64,000 nt of DNA from an uncultured Candidatus Saccharibacteria bacterium (GCA_964610055.1 CAZSUC010000001.1:351994-415993); one strand, 5' to 3'; shown: positions 49,147 to 58,577, counted from the stretch's first letter. The notes: generated by a model not told the origin, from the letters alone. A program made the numbers and translations.

Positions 49147-49782
49147 ATGACTCAGCGGAAACAAAAACAAAAATCACAATTTAATCTTGATAATCCAATT
49201 ATTAAATACGGCGGGAGCGTTATTATCGCTCTTCTAGTTATTTTAGCTGCTCTCGTTATTTTCCCCACTCAAAATCGAATGCTGCGCACTCAAGTTGTTT
49301 CCAATCCGTCCTCAGCCGCGACTGCTTGTACTAATCAAACCGGTTATATCAACTACTCTGATGTTGTCGGCAGTGCTTTCGCCACTGGTTTTAATCATAG
49401 AGTACGTGCCAGACAGTTGGCTCGGCTGGACGCTATCAATAAAATGACGGCTATCTTTCAAACTAACCTCTCTTTAATTGTTACTAATGCCGATGATGAT
49501 GTTTCCGCATGTAGTAATGGTTGCTTAATGGTAGGCACATCTGTTTCTTGTACGCTGGTTACACCCTCTGCGAGTAGTTGTGATTACACAACCACTCCGA
49601 TTACGGGCGGATCTAGTGTAACTGCTAGTTGTCCGACACGTGTTAAATGTGTTCGTACGTGTGAAGCCAGTCCTAGCTCATCACCAAGCCCTGCTGCTAG
49701 TAACACAGCCATGCCTTCCAGCACTTCTATTCCTACGCTCAGCACTCCGCTGCCTATAATGTATACGCCTAGCGCAAGCTAA
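49147..49782 (+). CDS. membrane-anchored Cys-rich exported protein
   Basis: N-terminal TM, 8 Cys and a Ser/Pro/Thr tail. Confidence 0.65.
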   Translation: MTQRKQKQKSQFNLDNPIIKYGGSVIIALLVILAALVIFPTQNRMLRTQVVSNPSSAATACTNQTGYINYSDVVGSAFATGFNHRVRARQLARLDAINKMTAIFQTNLSLIVTNADDDVSACSNGCLMVGTSVSCTLVTPSASSCDYTTTPITGGSSVTASCPTRVKCVRTCEASPSSSPSPAASNTAMPSSTSIPTLSTPLPIMYTPSAS

Positions 49783-49798
49783 TCATTGATTCAAGTTT

Positions 49799-50683
49799 AT
49801 GAAAGTCGCCTTTATCGGTGCCGGTGAAATTGGACAAGCTATCGCGCATGTTATTTCTTCTGCGCCTACAGTCGAACTTGTCATGTGGGATAAAGAACCA
49901 GGCAAAGTCCCTAATCAACCTGATTTAAATCACATCGCTGCCACTTCCGAAATTATTTTTATGTGTATTCCGTCTTGGGCCATGCGATCCGGCTTAACTG
50001 GATTACGTGATGCTGGCCTCAACTCTGATATTGCTTTAATTTCTGTTGCCAAAGGAATTGAAAAGGATACCAATCAAACTATGGATCAAATTATTGATGA
50101 TATTTTGCCGCATAATCAATTCGGACTTTTAGGTGGTCCCTTGTTGGCTGAAGAAATCGTCGCTGATCAATCAGGCATGGGAGTTTTAGCTACTCACTCT
50201 CAATCTTTATCTGACGCTGCTCACACTCTCTTTAGTAACTCCCGTGTTAAATTAGAGGATTCAGTCGATGTACATGGTGTCGCTGTTGCCGGCGTCTTGA
50301 AAAACGTTTATGCTCTCGGATTAGGTATCGTTGCTGGCCTTAACTTAGGACATAATTTCCAAGGTTGGTACATTCGGGAAGCTTTACGCGAAATGCGTCA
50401 GGGAATCATGGCGTTAGGTGGACAAGGCGAGACCGCTTATGGTGCCGCTGGTGCCGGAGATTTAATTGCTACTGGATTTAGTACCGATTCATCTAATTAT
50501 CAGGTTGGTAAAATCCTCGCTGAGCAGGGGAGTGTGGTTAAGGAAAGTGAAGGCTATGCCTCTTTGCCACAAGTTTTACGTTTGCTTGGCGACACGGCTA
50601 ATAGCCAGATTCTCATGCAAGCTATTAAACAAATTGTCATTGATCATCTGCCCGCCGCTGAAGTCTATGGCCGCCTCCCCTAA
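49799..50683 (+). CDS. gpsA: NAD(P)H-dependent glycerol-3-phosphate dehydrogenase
   Basis: GAGEIG, AKGIE, GP..AEE, LKNVYA, GDLIAT and EG. Confidence 0.88.
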   Translation: MKVAFIGAGEIGQAIAHVISSAPTVELVMWDKEPGKVPNQPDLNHIAATSEIIFMCIPSWAMRSGLTGLRDAGLNSDIALISVAKGIEKDTNQTMDQIIDDILPHNQFGLLGGPLLAEEIVADQSGMGVLATHSQSLSDAAHTLFSNSRVKLEDSVDVHGVAVAGVLKNVYALGLGIVAGLNLGHNFQGWYIREALREMRQGIMALGGQGETAYGAAGAGDLIATGFSTDSSNYQVGKILAEQGSVVKESEGYASLPQVLRLLGDTANSQILMQAIKQIVIDHLPAAEVYGRLP

Positions 50684-51848
50684 AGCCGATCTGGTTTTAG
50701 TTATAGATGTGGGTACTACCGGGGCCAAAGCCTTATTATTTAATACTAATGAACAAGTTCTCGGTCGCGCTTATCAACGTTTAGAAACTAATTATCCCGA
50801 GCCTGGATTCGCCGAACAGAATGCACAGAATATTATTGGTGCCGTGCACCAAGTTATTCAAACTGTTGTCCAATCAAATAAAATTTCTCCTCAACGTATC
50901 TGTTCCTGTGCAATTACTAATCAAAGAGAAAGCATCGTTGCTTGGCGACGCGACACTCGTAATCCCTTGCACCCAGCTATCTTGTGGGAAGATACCCGCT
51001 CCGCACGTCTTTGCGCTTCTTGGCAAAGCGCTTTTGGCTCTCAAGTTACCGCTAAAACCGGCTTGCCCATTGAGCCTTATTTTTCCGCGCCTAAAATCCA
51101 CTGGTTACTCGATAACGTGCCTGATGTTCAAAAAGCTTACCAAGAACGTCAACTATGCGTTGGGACTATGGATTCTTGGTTACTGTATAACTTAACTCAA
51201 GAATCAATTCACGCGACTGATTACACTAACGCTTCTCGTACATTAATATTTGATATCACTACGAAACAATGGGACACTACTTTACTAAATCATTTTCAAA
51301 TTCCGCCCGATATTTTGCCGCAAGTTTTTCCTTCTCGCTTTACTTATGGCACCTTAGTTTCTGACATCTTAGGCGTTAGTATTCCTATCACAGCAGTTTG
51401 CGGGGATCAGCAGGCCAGTTTATATGCTGCTGGCGGGTCAATCGGCACAACTAAAGTTACTTATGGTACCGGTACTTTTATTATGCAGCTTCTCGGACCA
51501 GATTTTACCCTCCATGCTCCTTTCTACACTACTCTTACACCCGGTTCTAACGGAACTTTATACGCTTTTGAAGCCAAAGCCGCTCGTGGTGGCAAAGAAG
51601 CCGATTTAGTTCTCGATGATCCTGCTAAATTAGAAAACTTTTTAACTGATCTAGTCCGAGAGGTTGCCGGAATCTTAGCGCAACTCCCACATCAACCTAC
51701 TGAAGTCGTGATTGATGGTGGCGTCATTCGTGATGGTATTATTCCGCGCTTGCAGCCCGAAATCTCTGGTATTCCTATCCATGAGCATGATATTTTTGAT
51801 GGCACCGCCCTAGGTATGTTCCGTTTAAGCCAGGCCCTTGACGAATAA
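50667..51848 (+). CDS. glpK: glycerol kinase-like FGGY kinase (shortened C-domain)
   Basis: IDVGTTG, ITNQRES, WEDTR, YFSAPK, TDYTNASRT, GDQQA and TYGTGTF. Confidence 0.8.
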   Translation: MAASPKADLVLVIDVGTTGAKALLFNTNEQVLGRAYQRLETNYPEPGFAEQNAQNIIGAVHQVIQTVVQSNKISPQRICSCAITNQRESIVAWRRDTRNPLHPAILWEDTRSARLCASWQSAFGSQVTAKTGLPIEPYFSAPKIHWLLDNVPDVQKAYQERQLCVGTMDSWLLYNLTQESIHATDYTNASRTLIFDITTKQWDTTLLNHFQIPPDILPQVFPSRFTYGTLVSDILGVSIPITAVCGDQQASLYAAGGSIGTTKVTYGTGTFIMQLLGPDFTLHAPFYTTLTPGSNGTLYAFEAKAARGGKEADLVLDDPAKLENFLTDLVREVAGILAQLPHQPTEVVIDGGVIRDGIIPRLQPEISGIPIHEHDIFDGTALGMFRLSQALDE

Positions 51849-51885
51849 CGCGCCATCGTACATGATAAGAGCCTAAGTCAATTCT

Positions 51886-52200
51886 ATGTCACACGCAGTC
51901 ATTCTTACCGGCGGAAAGCAATACCTCGTTTCAGATGGGGAGCATGTTCGCGTCGATAAAATTAAAGCCAAAACCGGCGAAAAAGTCACTTTAGACCAAA
52001 TTTTACTGGTTTCGACTGGCAAAACTGTCAAAGTTGGACAGCCCACAGTTTCCGGCGCCACTGTTTCCGCTACCGTTGTTAAAAATGGAAAAACTGATAA
52101 AGTTTATGGCGCTAAAGTCAAAGGCAAGAAGCGTTACAAAAAATATTTTGGCCATCGCCAAGACTATACTGAATTAGAAATTACTGGCATCAAAGCCTAG
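51886..52200 (+). CDS. rplU: 50S ribosomal protein L21
   Basis: TGGKQY.V and GHRQDYT. Confidence 0.96.
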   Translation: MSHAVILTGGKQYLVSDGEHVRVDKIKAKTGEKVTLDQILLVSTGKTVKVGQPTVSGATVSATVVKNGKTDKVYGAKVKGKKRYKKYFGHRQDYTELEITGIKA

Positions 52201-52790
52201 ACTTCTCGTCTCCCGGTAAAAGCTGCCGACAGGGTTGTCGCATCGGCAAATTCAATATCGCCTCCAGTGGGCAAACCTCGCGCCAAGCGCGTAATTTTTA
52301 TTTCCGAACGCTCTATTTTACCGCGAATATATCTGGTCGTTGCATCACTTTCCATCTTATGGTCGAGCGCAATTATCACTTCCTTAATCTCGCCGTTATT
52401 AATTCGCGTAATTAGTTCATTTAATGTTAAATCGTCCGGGCCAATGCCCTCTAAGGGTGACAATACTCCTCCTAAAACATGGTATTGCCCGTTATAACTC
52501 CCAGTTCGTTCAAATGCCTCCACGTCCAGTGCGTCTTCTACTACGCACAATAAGCTTTGGTCACGCATCTGACTCGCACAAATTGCACACTGATCGTTCT
52601 CAGCCAAATTAAAACACGTGTTACATATTTTTACTTGGGCATGTAAACTCGTTAACGTTTCTGCTAAGCGTCCCACCACACCAGCCGGCTGTCTTAATAA
52701 ATGCAAAGCCAACCGTTCCGCCGTTTTTGGTCCAATTCCCGGTAAACGAGTTAATTCCTGGGTTAAATCTCGAACTGCTTGCGGTAACAT
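52197..52790 (-). CDS. recR: recombination mediator RecR
   Basis: LPGIGPKTAERL, C4 Zn finger, YHVLGG and TRLARGLP. Confidence 0.97.
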   Translation of the reverse strand: MLPQAVRDLTQELTRLPGIGPKTAERLALHLLRQPAGVVGRLAETLTSLHAQVKICNTCFNLAENDQCAICASQMRDQSLLCVVEDALDVEAFERTGSYNGQYHVLGGVLSPLEGIGPDDLTLNELITRINNGEIKEVIIALDHKMESDATTRYIRGKIERSEIKITRLARGLPTGGDIEFADATTLSAAFTGRREV

Positions 52791-52793
52791 AAT

Positions 52794-54179
52794 CTAGGCA
52801 GCTGGCATTTCTTCATACCTGGTTTCAAGTTCGGCGTACGCGACAAACCGATTATGAAACTGCATTGGTAGTTCTCCTGTCGGACCATTTCGATGTTTCT
52901 CAATCAACAAGGACACATCAATAGTTTCGGGACGGTCCTGAAGCTCATCCTCAGTGAATGGGGGACGATGAATAAACATAACTAAGTCAGCGTCTTGCTC
53001 AATACTGCCTGATTCTCTTAAATCTGATAATTTTGGTCGTTGATCCGTCCGCATTTCTACTGCTCGAGACAACTGTGATAATGCTAACACGGGCACATTT
53101 AACTCAATCGCCAAGCGCTTTAATCCACGCGAAATATCTGATACTTCTTGTACCCGATTATCTTTATATTTACTTGATTCCATTAATTGTAAGTAATCTA
53201 TAATCAAAAGTCCTAACCCGTGCTCTGCTTGTAAGCGTCGTGCCATCGTGCGCATCCCCATGACACTGTTCGAGGCGTGATCATCAATATATATCGGTGC
53301 ATTTGATAGTTCTCCCATTGCTTGGCCTAAGCGCGCAAAATCATCATATTCTCCGCCAGTCTCTAAATTACCTGTACGTAATCGCCATAAATCTACTCTG
53401 GCATGCGACGCTAACAAACGATCAACTAACTGTTCTTTAGACATTTCTAAACTAAAAAATCCCACTGGCACTCCACTTAAGGCCGCATTTCTCGCAAAAT
53501 CTAATGCTAACGCAGTTTTTCCAACCGATGGCCGCGCCGCTAAAATAATTAAATCTGACTTTTGCCAACCGGCTAATTTTGCATCTAAGCCAGCAAAGCC
53601 AGTCGGTACACCGCGTAATTCATGATCGCCTCGATGTAATTTATCAATGCGTGTAAAGGCGTCCTCTAACGCATCGGAAATTTTTGTAAAAGCATGCTGC
53701 TTATGGTCTTGGGAAACGCTAAATAGCGTTTGTTCTGCTCTGTCCAAGACTGTTTCTACGTCTTCCTCTTCATCAAAACCTAATTCAGAAATATCGGAAG
53801 CCGCCGAAATCAAGCGTCGTAATGTTGCCGCTTTGGCTACAATCTGGGCGTAATGCAAGACATTTCCAGCCGTTGGCACAACCGTCGCAATATGTGCCAC
53901 CGCGCTTTCTCCTCCCACTACCTCTAATTCCTGACGTTCTTTAAGGCGATGCGTTACTGATAAAATATCAATTGGGTCGCCTTTTTGGTATAGATCTAAC
54001 ATGCACTGAAATAACAATCCGTAAGTCTGACGATAAAAATCAGATGGCGTAACTAAATCAGCAACTTTAATGATTGCATCTTTGTCAATTAGTAAGCTAC
54101 CCAACACCGATTCCTCAGCTTCATAATCGTGTGGCGGTACTCTCACTCCTGTATCGTGCGTTTTTTTTCCTTTAGCCAT
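52794..54179 (-). CDS. dnaB: replicative DNA helicase
   Basis: AARPSVGKT, FSLEM, IDYLQLM, LSQLSR and DLRESGSIEQDAD; no intein. Confidence 0.98.
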   Translation of the reverse strand: MAKGKKTHDTGVRVPPHDYEAEESVLGSLLIDKDAIIKVADLVTPSDFYRQTYGLLFQCMLDLYQKGDPIDILSVTHRLKERQELEVVGGESAVAHIATVVPTAGNVLHYAQIVAKAATLRRLISAASDISELGFDEEEDVETVLDRAEQTLFSVSQDHKQHAFTKISDALEDAFTRIDKLHRGDHELRGVPTGFAGLDAKLAGWQKSDLIILAARPSVGKTALALDFARNAALSGVPVGFFSLEMSKEQLVDRLLASHARVDLWRLRTGNLETGGEYDDFARLGQAMGELSNAPIYIDDHASNSVMGMRTMARRLQAEHGLGLLIIDYLQLMESSKYKDNRVQEVSDISRGLKRLAIELNVPVLALSQLSRAVEMRTDQRPKLSDLRESGSIEQDADLVMFIHRPPFTEDELQDRPETIDVSLLIEKHRNGPTGELPMQFHNRFVAYAELETRYEEMPAA

Positions 54180-54238
54180 TGGTATACGACGCTTCTAATC
54201 TCGTTTACCTAGCATACTAGCGCCGGCATATAATTGCA

Positions 54239-54278
54239 CGTGGATAAGTGGATAAGCGGTGGAAAAACCAGTGGAAAA
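54239..54278. promoter_or_regulatory. four DnaA-box-like repeats upstream of dnaB
   Basis: cGTGGATAA, aGTGGATAA, gGTGGAAAA and aGTGGAAAA, each one mismatch from TGTGGA(T/A)AA. Confidence 0.55.
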
Positions 54279-54282
54279 CTTA

Positions 54283-55692
54283 TTACTTAATTGGTCGTAC
54301 GCGTGATCCTGTGTTTGTATCTTCAACTGTATATCCTAATTCTTCCATCTTAATGCGTAATTCATCTGCTCGTTCCCATTTTTTCTCTCGTCTCGCTGTT
54401 TCCCGCTCAGCCTGTAATTTTACTACTTCTAATGGCACTTCTTCTTGGCTTAACTCTGTTCGCAATGGTTCCTGTATCCCCAAAACTCGATCCATCATTA
54501 ATAAAGTTGCTGCTTCATTGCCTGTTAATTTATTTTCTTCCAACTTTTTATTCACTTCTTTTATAAATCCCCAAAACACAGCCAAAGCTGCCGGCGTATT
54601 CAGATCATCGGCTAGAGCCGCTTGAAAATCATCTTTTACTTTTTGATCAATTGCACCAGTTTCATTTTGTCCATCTAATCTCCGCCATACCTGTTTAATT
54701 GTTTCTAACTGTTCTTGGGCTTGTTTCATTAAATCCCAATCAAATTCCATCGGAGTGCGATAATGGCTGCCCAAAATCAATAATCTTAACGCTAAAGGGG
54801 AGTACCCTTGCTCGCGTACAGTATCCAAATTTATCGTCGCACCAGAACTCTTGGCCATCTTCTCTCCGCCCATACGTAAATGCGCATTATGCATCCATAC
54901 CCGGACAAATTTTTGTCCGGTTGCGCCTTCTGCTTGAGCAATCTCATTTTCATGATGGGGGAACTTGTTATCAATCCCGCCGGTATGAATATCAATCTCT
55001 GTATCCAGATATTCCATGCTCATCGCTGAACATTCAATATGCCAACCCGGATACCCCACCCCCCAAGGCGAATCCCATTTCTGTGTGGCTTGTTTATCAA
55101 AAATCCATAAAGCAAAATCAGCCGGATGTCTTTTTTCTGCGCGCACGCTAATACGTTTACCTGCTTCTAACTGCGCTACACTATTCCCTGATAATTTCCC
55201 ATAATCCGGAAAAGTTGTGACGTCAAAATAAATTCCAGTTTCAGTCTGATAAGCCTTACCTCGATCCAAAAGCTGTTGGATGAGTTCTTGCATGGCCTGA
55301 ATGTGATTAGTCGCGCGCGGATATTTGTGTGCCGGCTGAATATTCAATGCTTGCAAGTCATTTTCAAAGTTTTTAATTTCACGATCTGCAATTTCAAGTG
55401 GGCTTTTCTGCTCTAAGCGCGCCTCTTTAGCTAATTTGTCTTCTCCTTCGTCTAACTCATCTTCCGTCAAATGTCCGACATCGGTAATATTCATAATTTC
55501 TCGAACTTCATATCCCCACAGTTCTAATGTTCGCCTTAAAACGTCAGCAAACACATAGCGGCGCATATTCCCGATATGCTGTCGTTTATATACAGTCGGT
55601 CCGCAATGATACACTCTCGCCTTGCCCGGCTCTTTCGGTTCAAACGGCTCTAATGCTTTTGAATATGAGTTGTAGAAAACTAATGACGGCAT
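54283..55692 (-). CDS. cysS: cysteinyl-tRNA synthetase
   Basis: CGPTVY..HIGN, PGWHIECS, FPHHENEIAQ and KMAKS. Confidence 0.97.
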   Translation of the reverse strand: MPSLVFYNSYSKALEPFEPKEPGKARVYHCGPTVYKRQHIGNMRRYVFADVLRRTLELWGYEVREIMNITDVGHLTEDELDEGEDKLAKEARLEQKSPLEIADREIKNFENDLQALNIQPAHKYPRATNHIQAMQELIQQLLDRGKAYQTETGIYFDVTTFPDYGKLSGNSVAQLEAGKRISVRAEKRHPADFALWIFDKQATQKWDSPWGVGYPGWHIECSAMSMEYLDTEIDIHTGGIDNKFPHHENEIAQAEGATGQKFVRVWMHNAHLRMGGEKMAKSSGATINLDTVREQGYSPLALRLLILGSHYRTPMEFDWDLMKQAQEQLETIKQVWRRLDGQNETGAIDQKVKDDFQAALADDLNTPAALAVFWGFIKEVNKKLEENKLTGNEAATLLMMDRVLGIQEPLRTELSQEEVPLEVVKLQAERETARREKKWERADELRIKMEELGYTVEDTNTGSRVRPIK

Positions 55693-55761
55693 ATAAAACT
55701 ATGTTATCCTTCACTATACTGTTTGTTCTCTAAAAAACCCAGAGCTAGAAGGTAATCAACC

Positions 55762-56427
55762 ATGGTTGTCTCAAAATGCGTTCAGTGTCGGCTTGGTGTT
55801 GATTTAGATGGGGTTATTATCCGGTCCAATCTACCTCAGTTTAAACAATGGATCAATGATCACGACAAAAATCCCACTAGTTATGAAAACTTCGGTCAAT
55901 TGCCCGAAGAGACAGCATCTGATTTGTATTGTCAGTTCTTATCTTCTCCTGCTGCGCCTCCTATGCAAATCATGCCCGGCGCTCTTGAGGCCTTACGTGC
56001 TTTGAGCCAATTTGCCAGCTTCTACCTCATCACTGCTCGCGGCCTTGTTTCTCGCGCACTGACACTTAACGCGCTTCAGCCGCTGATTCCAACCGACGTT
56101 CGATTTACTGACATGATCTTCGGCTGCGCTCGGCAAAAAGATGCGGCTATGTCTGCCTACGGCATTCGTCTTTTAGTGGATGATAGTCCGCCTGAGCTTA
56201 AACGAGTCGTTGGAGCTCGCCAAGATAACTACGGTATTGGCATGTTCAATCCTGACATCCTCGCTTGGCCTCAGCATGAACGCATCATTCTGCCCTCAAC
56301 CATTCGGAGGTTTTACTCTCCGTCTAATCCTCGCGCTCAAGACGCTCTATACCGCGCAACATGGATTGAAATTGTAGAGACTATCACTAATCTCTACGCC
56401 CAAGGCGCGTTGTCTATCGCCGCCTAA
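55762..56427 (+). CDS. HAD-superfamily, 5'(3')-nucleotidase-like protein
   Basis: GVDLDGVI (motif I), PGALEAL, ITAR and VDDSP. Confidence 0.7.
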   Translation: MVVSKCVQCRLGVDLDGVIIRSNLPQFKQWINDHDKNPTSYENFGQLPEETASDLYCQFLSSPAAPPMQIMPGALEALRALSQFASFYLITARGLVSRALTLNALQPLIPTDVRFTDMIFGCARQKDAAMSAYGIRLLVDDSPPELKRVVGARQDNYGIGMFNPDILAWPQHERIILPSTIRRFYSPSNPRAQDALYRATWIEIVETITNLYAQGALSIAA

Positions 56428-56463
56428 CCTTGTTCTCTTACCGCCGCCTCATCAGCGGCTTTT

Positions 56464-57372
56464 TTATAAAACTCTTTTACCGCGGAACCGCCACATAATT
56501 AACAGCAAAACCGCTACTAAAATTGCTAACAATCCCCAGAACACCCATAACCCCGCTTCGGTCGTATTAGAATTTGCTGGATTAACAGCTGAGAGCAAAA
56601 CTAAGCCCGGTAAACCTACGGCTGAGTAATACGTTAATAAACGCAGTAATTCATTTTCTTTATGCTGTAATAAACTGCCATTCGTTTCCGATAATTCATC
56701 CACACTTTCATATAATCCTTCCAAGACCTCCCATAGTTTTTGCACTTGCCGATGTAATCTTTGCCAGCGTGCTGTCACGTTTTCACTTAAATTTAATTCC
56801 GCAGGCACAGCCGCAAACAAAGATCGTTGTGGCCGGATAATTTTACGAAAATCCAATACGTCTCGTTTTAAAATCGCACTTTCTTCCACCATCTTGCGCT
56901 CATTGCCATGAAAAACCGCGTCTTCCGCAATATCAATGTGCTTTGCCAAACGGTTTAACTTATGAAACGCACTCGCATACATTTGTGACACTATATATAA
57001 ACCCAAAGCTAAAGCTCCCTCGCTAAAATACTCTTCTCGTTTTTCTGGCACTTCCTCGTATTCAGTCCAAATCTTTTCTAAAACAGGAATTTGTTCAAAG
57101 TGAACCGTTTGTAACCAATCTTTTCCTACAATTAAATATAAAGGGACTCCGCGTGTTAAACGTGCCTGCCGATCAAAAACCGGCACTTGGACTAACACCA
57201 AAGTATAATTAGGGCGCGGCATTACTTCTGGACGCTGATGATTTTGCACGACAAATTCCGCATCCGCCGGATCCAATCCTGTTTCACGGACTAACTCTGC
57301 CAATTCATCCGCCGTCGGCTCGCCAACGTCTTTCCAGCTAACTCCATTTTGTGCCTCTAGCTTTCGTGCCAT
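56464..57372 (-). CDS. CorA-like divalent cation transporter (divergent)
   Basis: W.DV..PT, LKR.VL.FRK...PQR and NE..RLLT with two C-terminal TMs; GMN is absent. Confidence 0.8.
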   Translation of the reverse strand: MARKLEAQNGVSWKDVGEPTADELAELVRETGLDPADAEFVVQNHQRPEVMPRPNYTLVLVQVPVFDRQARLTRGVPLYLIVGKDWLQTVHFEQIPVLEKIWTEYEEVPEKREEYFSEGALALGLYIVSQMYASAFHKLNRLAKHIDIAEDAVFHGNERKMVEESAILKRDVLDFRKIIRPQRSLFAAVPAELNLSENVTARWQRLHRQVQKLWEVLEGLYESVDELSETNGSLLQHKENELLRLLTYYSAVGLPGLVLLSAVNPANSNTTEAGLWVFWGLLAILVAVLLLIMWRFRGKRVL

Positions 57373-57403
57373 ATACTAACTAAGTATACATGAAAAACAT
57401 CCT

Positions 57404-58540
57404 ATGCAGCTAAGATCCTTCATTCTTCCTTTACTTATTGTTTTGCCAATGCTGCAATTATCCGGTTGCACTTCTACCAGTGTCTCGCGCCCGCCATCAG
57501 GCGGCACTTATATTTCTCGTAGTGCTGGTGCGTATTTTGATCAATCCGTGCAGTTAACCGATGATTCCGGCTATACCTCTCGTTATACTTTTAAAGGCAT
57601 CCATCGGCCTGAATATGATCTTAACCGCATTTATTTAGCGGCTGATACTGATGGCATTGTCTATTCTGTCAACGATGGGGAATTGTGGTCACAAATTTCA
57701 ACCGGTCTTTATCGTACTTTGAGCGTTGTGAGTCTTTCTTCCGATATTATGGTTATTGCTGGTTTGGATGAAGATGGCCAAGGTTATGTGCGTCGTACCA
57801 GTGATGCCGGCCAAAGTTGGGAAACAGTCTTAACCATTCCGCGTCCAGAAAGCAGCGGATTTAATTTTCTTAAACAAAACACTAATCCTCAGTCCGTAAT
57901 TATTGCCTTATCAGCCGATCCTTTTCATGATGATCGTGTCTACGCTGGTACTAGTCTCGGTAATATCTTAATTGGCGAACAATATGGGAAAACTTGGACA
58001 ACTGCCCACACGCTTAATGGCACTATTTACTCGTCTTCTAATTTTTATATCCGTTCCGTTATTCCATCCCCACATACTCTCGGAGAAGTGCTGATCTTAA
58101 CATCAGATAATTTACTTTATCGCATCAGCAATTCTCAACAAACTCAAATCAAGGTTTCATTGGACACCAATGCTCTGAAAAATTCTCTTTCTAAGAGCTT
58201 ATCCATTCGCTCCGTTAAATTTATTACTGGTTATCCTGACGCCATTTTCATTGGTCTGTCTGACGGCGCAGCTGTCTCCAATGATCGCGGTGTGACTTGG
58301 GAACGTTTGCCTTTACCGGCTGACACCTCCAAGCCGTTTGACAGCGCTATCGTTGAAGCCAGCCCCACGAACCCATCTCGTCTTTTAGTTGCCTTAGATG
58401 ATGTTATTTATCGTTCCGAAGATGGCGGTACTAATTGGTATTCAACCTCTTTAAATCTCTCTTCTCGTAGTGTTGTTTTTCTCTCTATTAACCCCTCAAA
58501 TCCGAGTCACGTTATCGCTGTCACCAGTCCCAACAGTTAG
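57404..58540 (+). CDS. lipoprotein with BNR/Asp-box repeats (beta-propeller)
   Basis: Lipobox LSGC; SVNDGELW, TSDAGQSW, SNDRGVTW and SEDGGTNW. Confidence 0.85.
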   Translation: MQLRSFILPLLIVLPMLQLSGCTSTSVSRPPSGGTYISRSAGAYFDQSVQLTDDSGYTSRYTFKGIHRPEYDLNRIYLAADTDGIVYSVNDGELWSQISTGLYRTLSVVSLSSDIMVIAGLDEDGQGYVRRTSDAGQSWETVLTIPRPESSGFNFLKQNTNPQSVIIALSADPFHDDRVYAGTSLGNILIGEQYGKTWTTAHTLNGTIYSSSNFYIRSVIPSPHTLGEVLILTSDNLLYRISNSQQTQIKVSLDTNALKNSLSKSLSIRSVKFITGYPDAIFIGLSDGAAVSNDRGVTWERLPLPADTSKPFDSAIVEASPTNPSRLLVALDDVIYRSEDGGTNWYSTSLNLSSRSVVFLSINPSNPSHVIAVTSPNS

Positions 58541-58577
58541 CCAATTTGACACATTTAATCATCCGGTTAGGATTAAA

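Noticed and set aside
50466-50666. N-terminal extension of the 460-aa kinase ORF
   Set aside because: It overlaps gpsA by about 200 bp in another frame, and FGGY homology begins after ATG 50667.
52794-54179. Intein in DnaB
   Set aside because: The protein is normal length (461 aa) with contiguous motifs.
54239-54278. Possible oriC (cluster of DnaA-like boxes)
   Set aside because: The intergenic gap is only about 100 bp, all boxes are imperfect, there is no dnaA/dnaN nearby, and no skew switch is evident. A regulatory site for dnaB is more likely.
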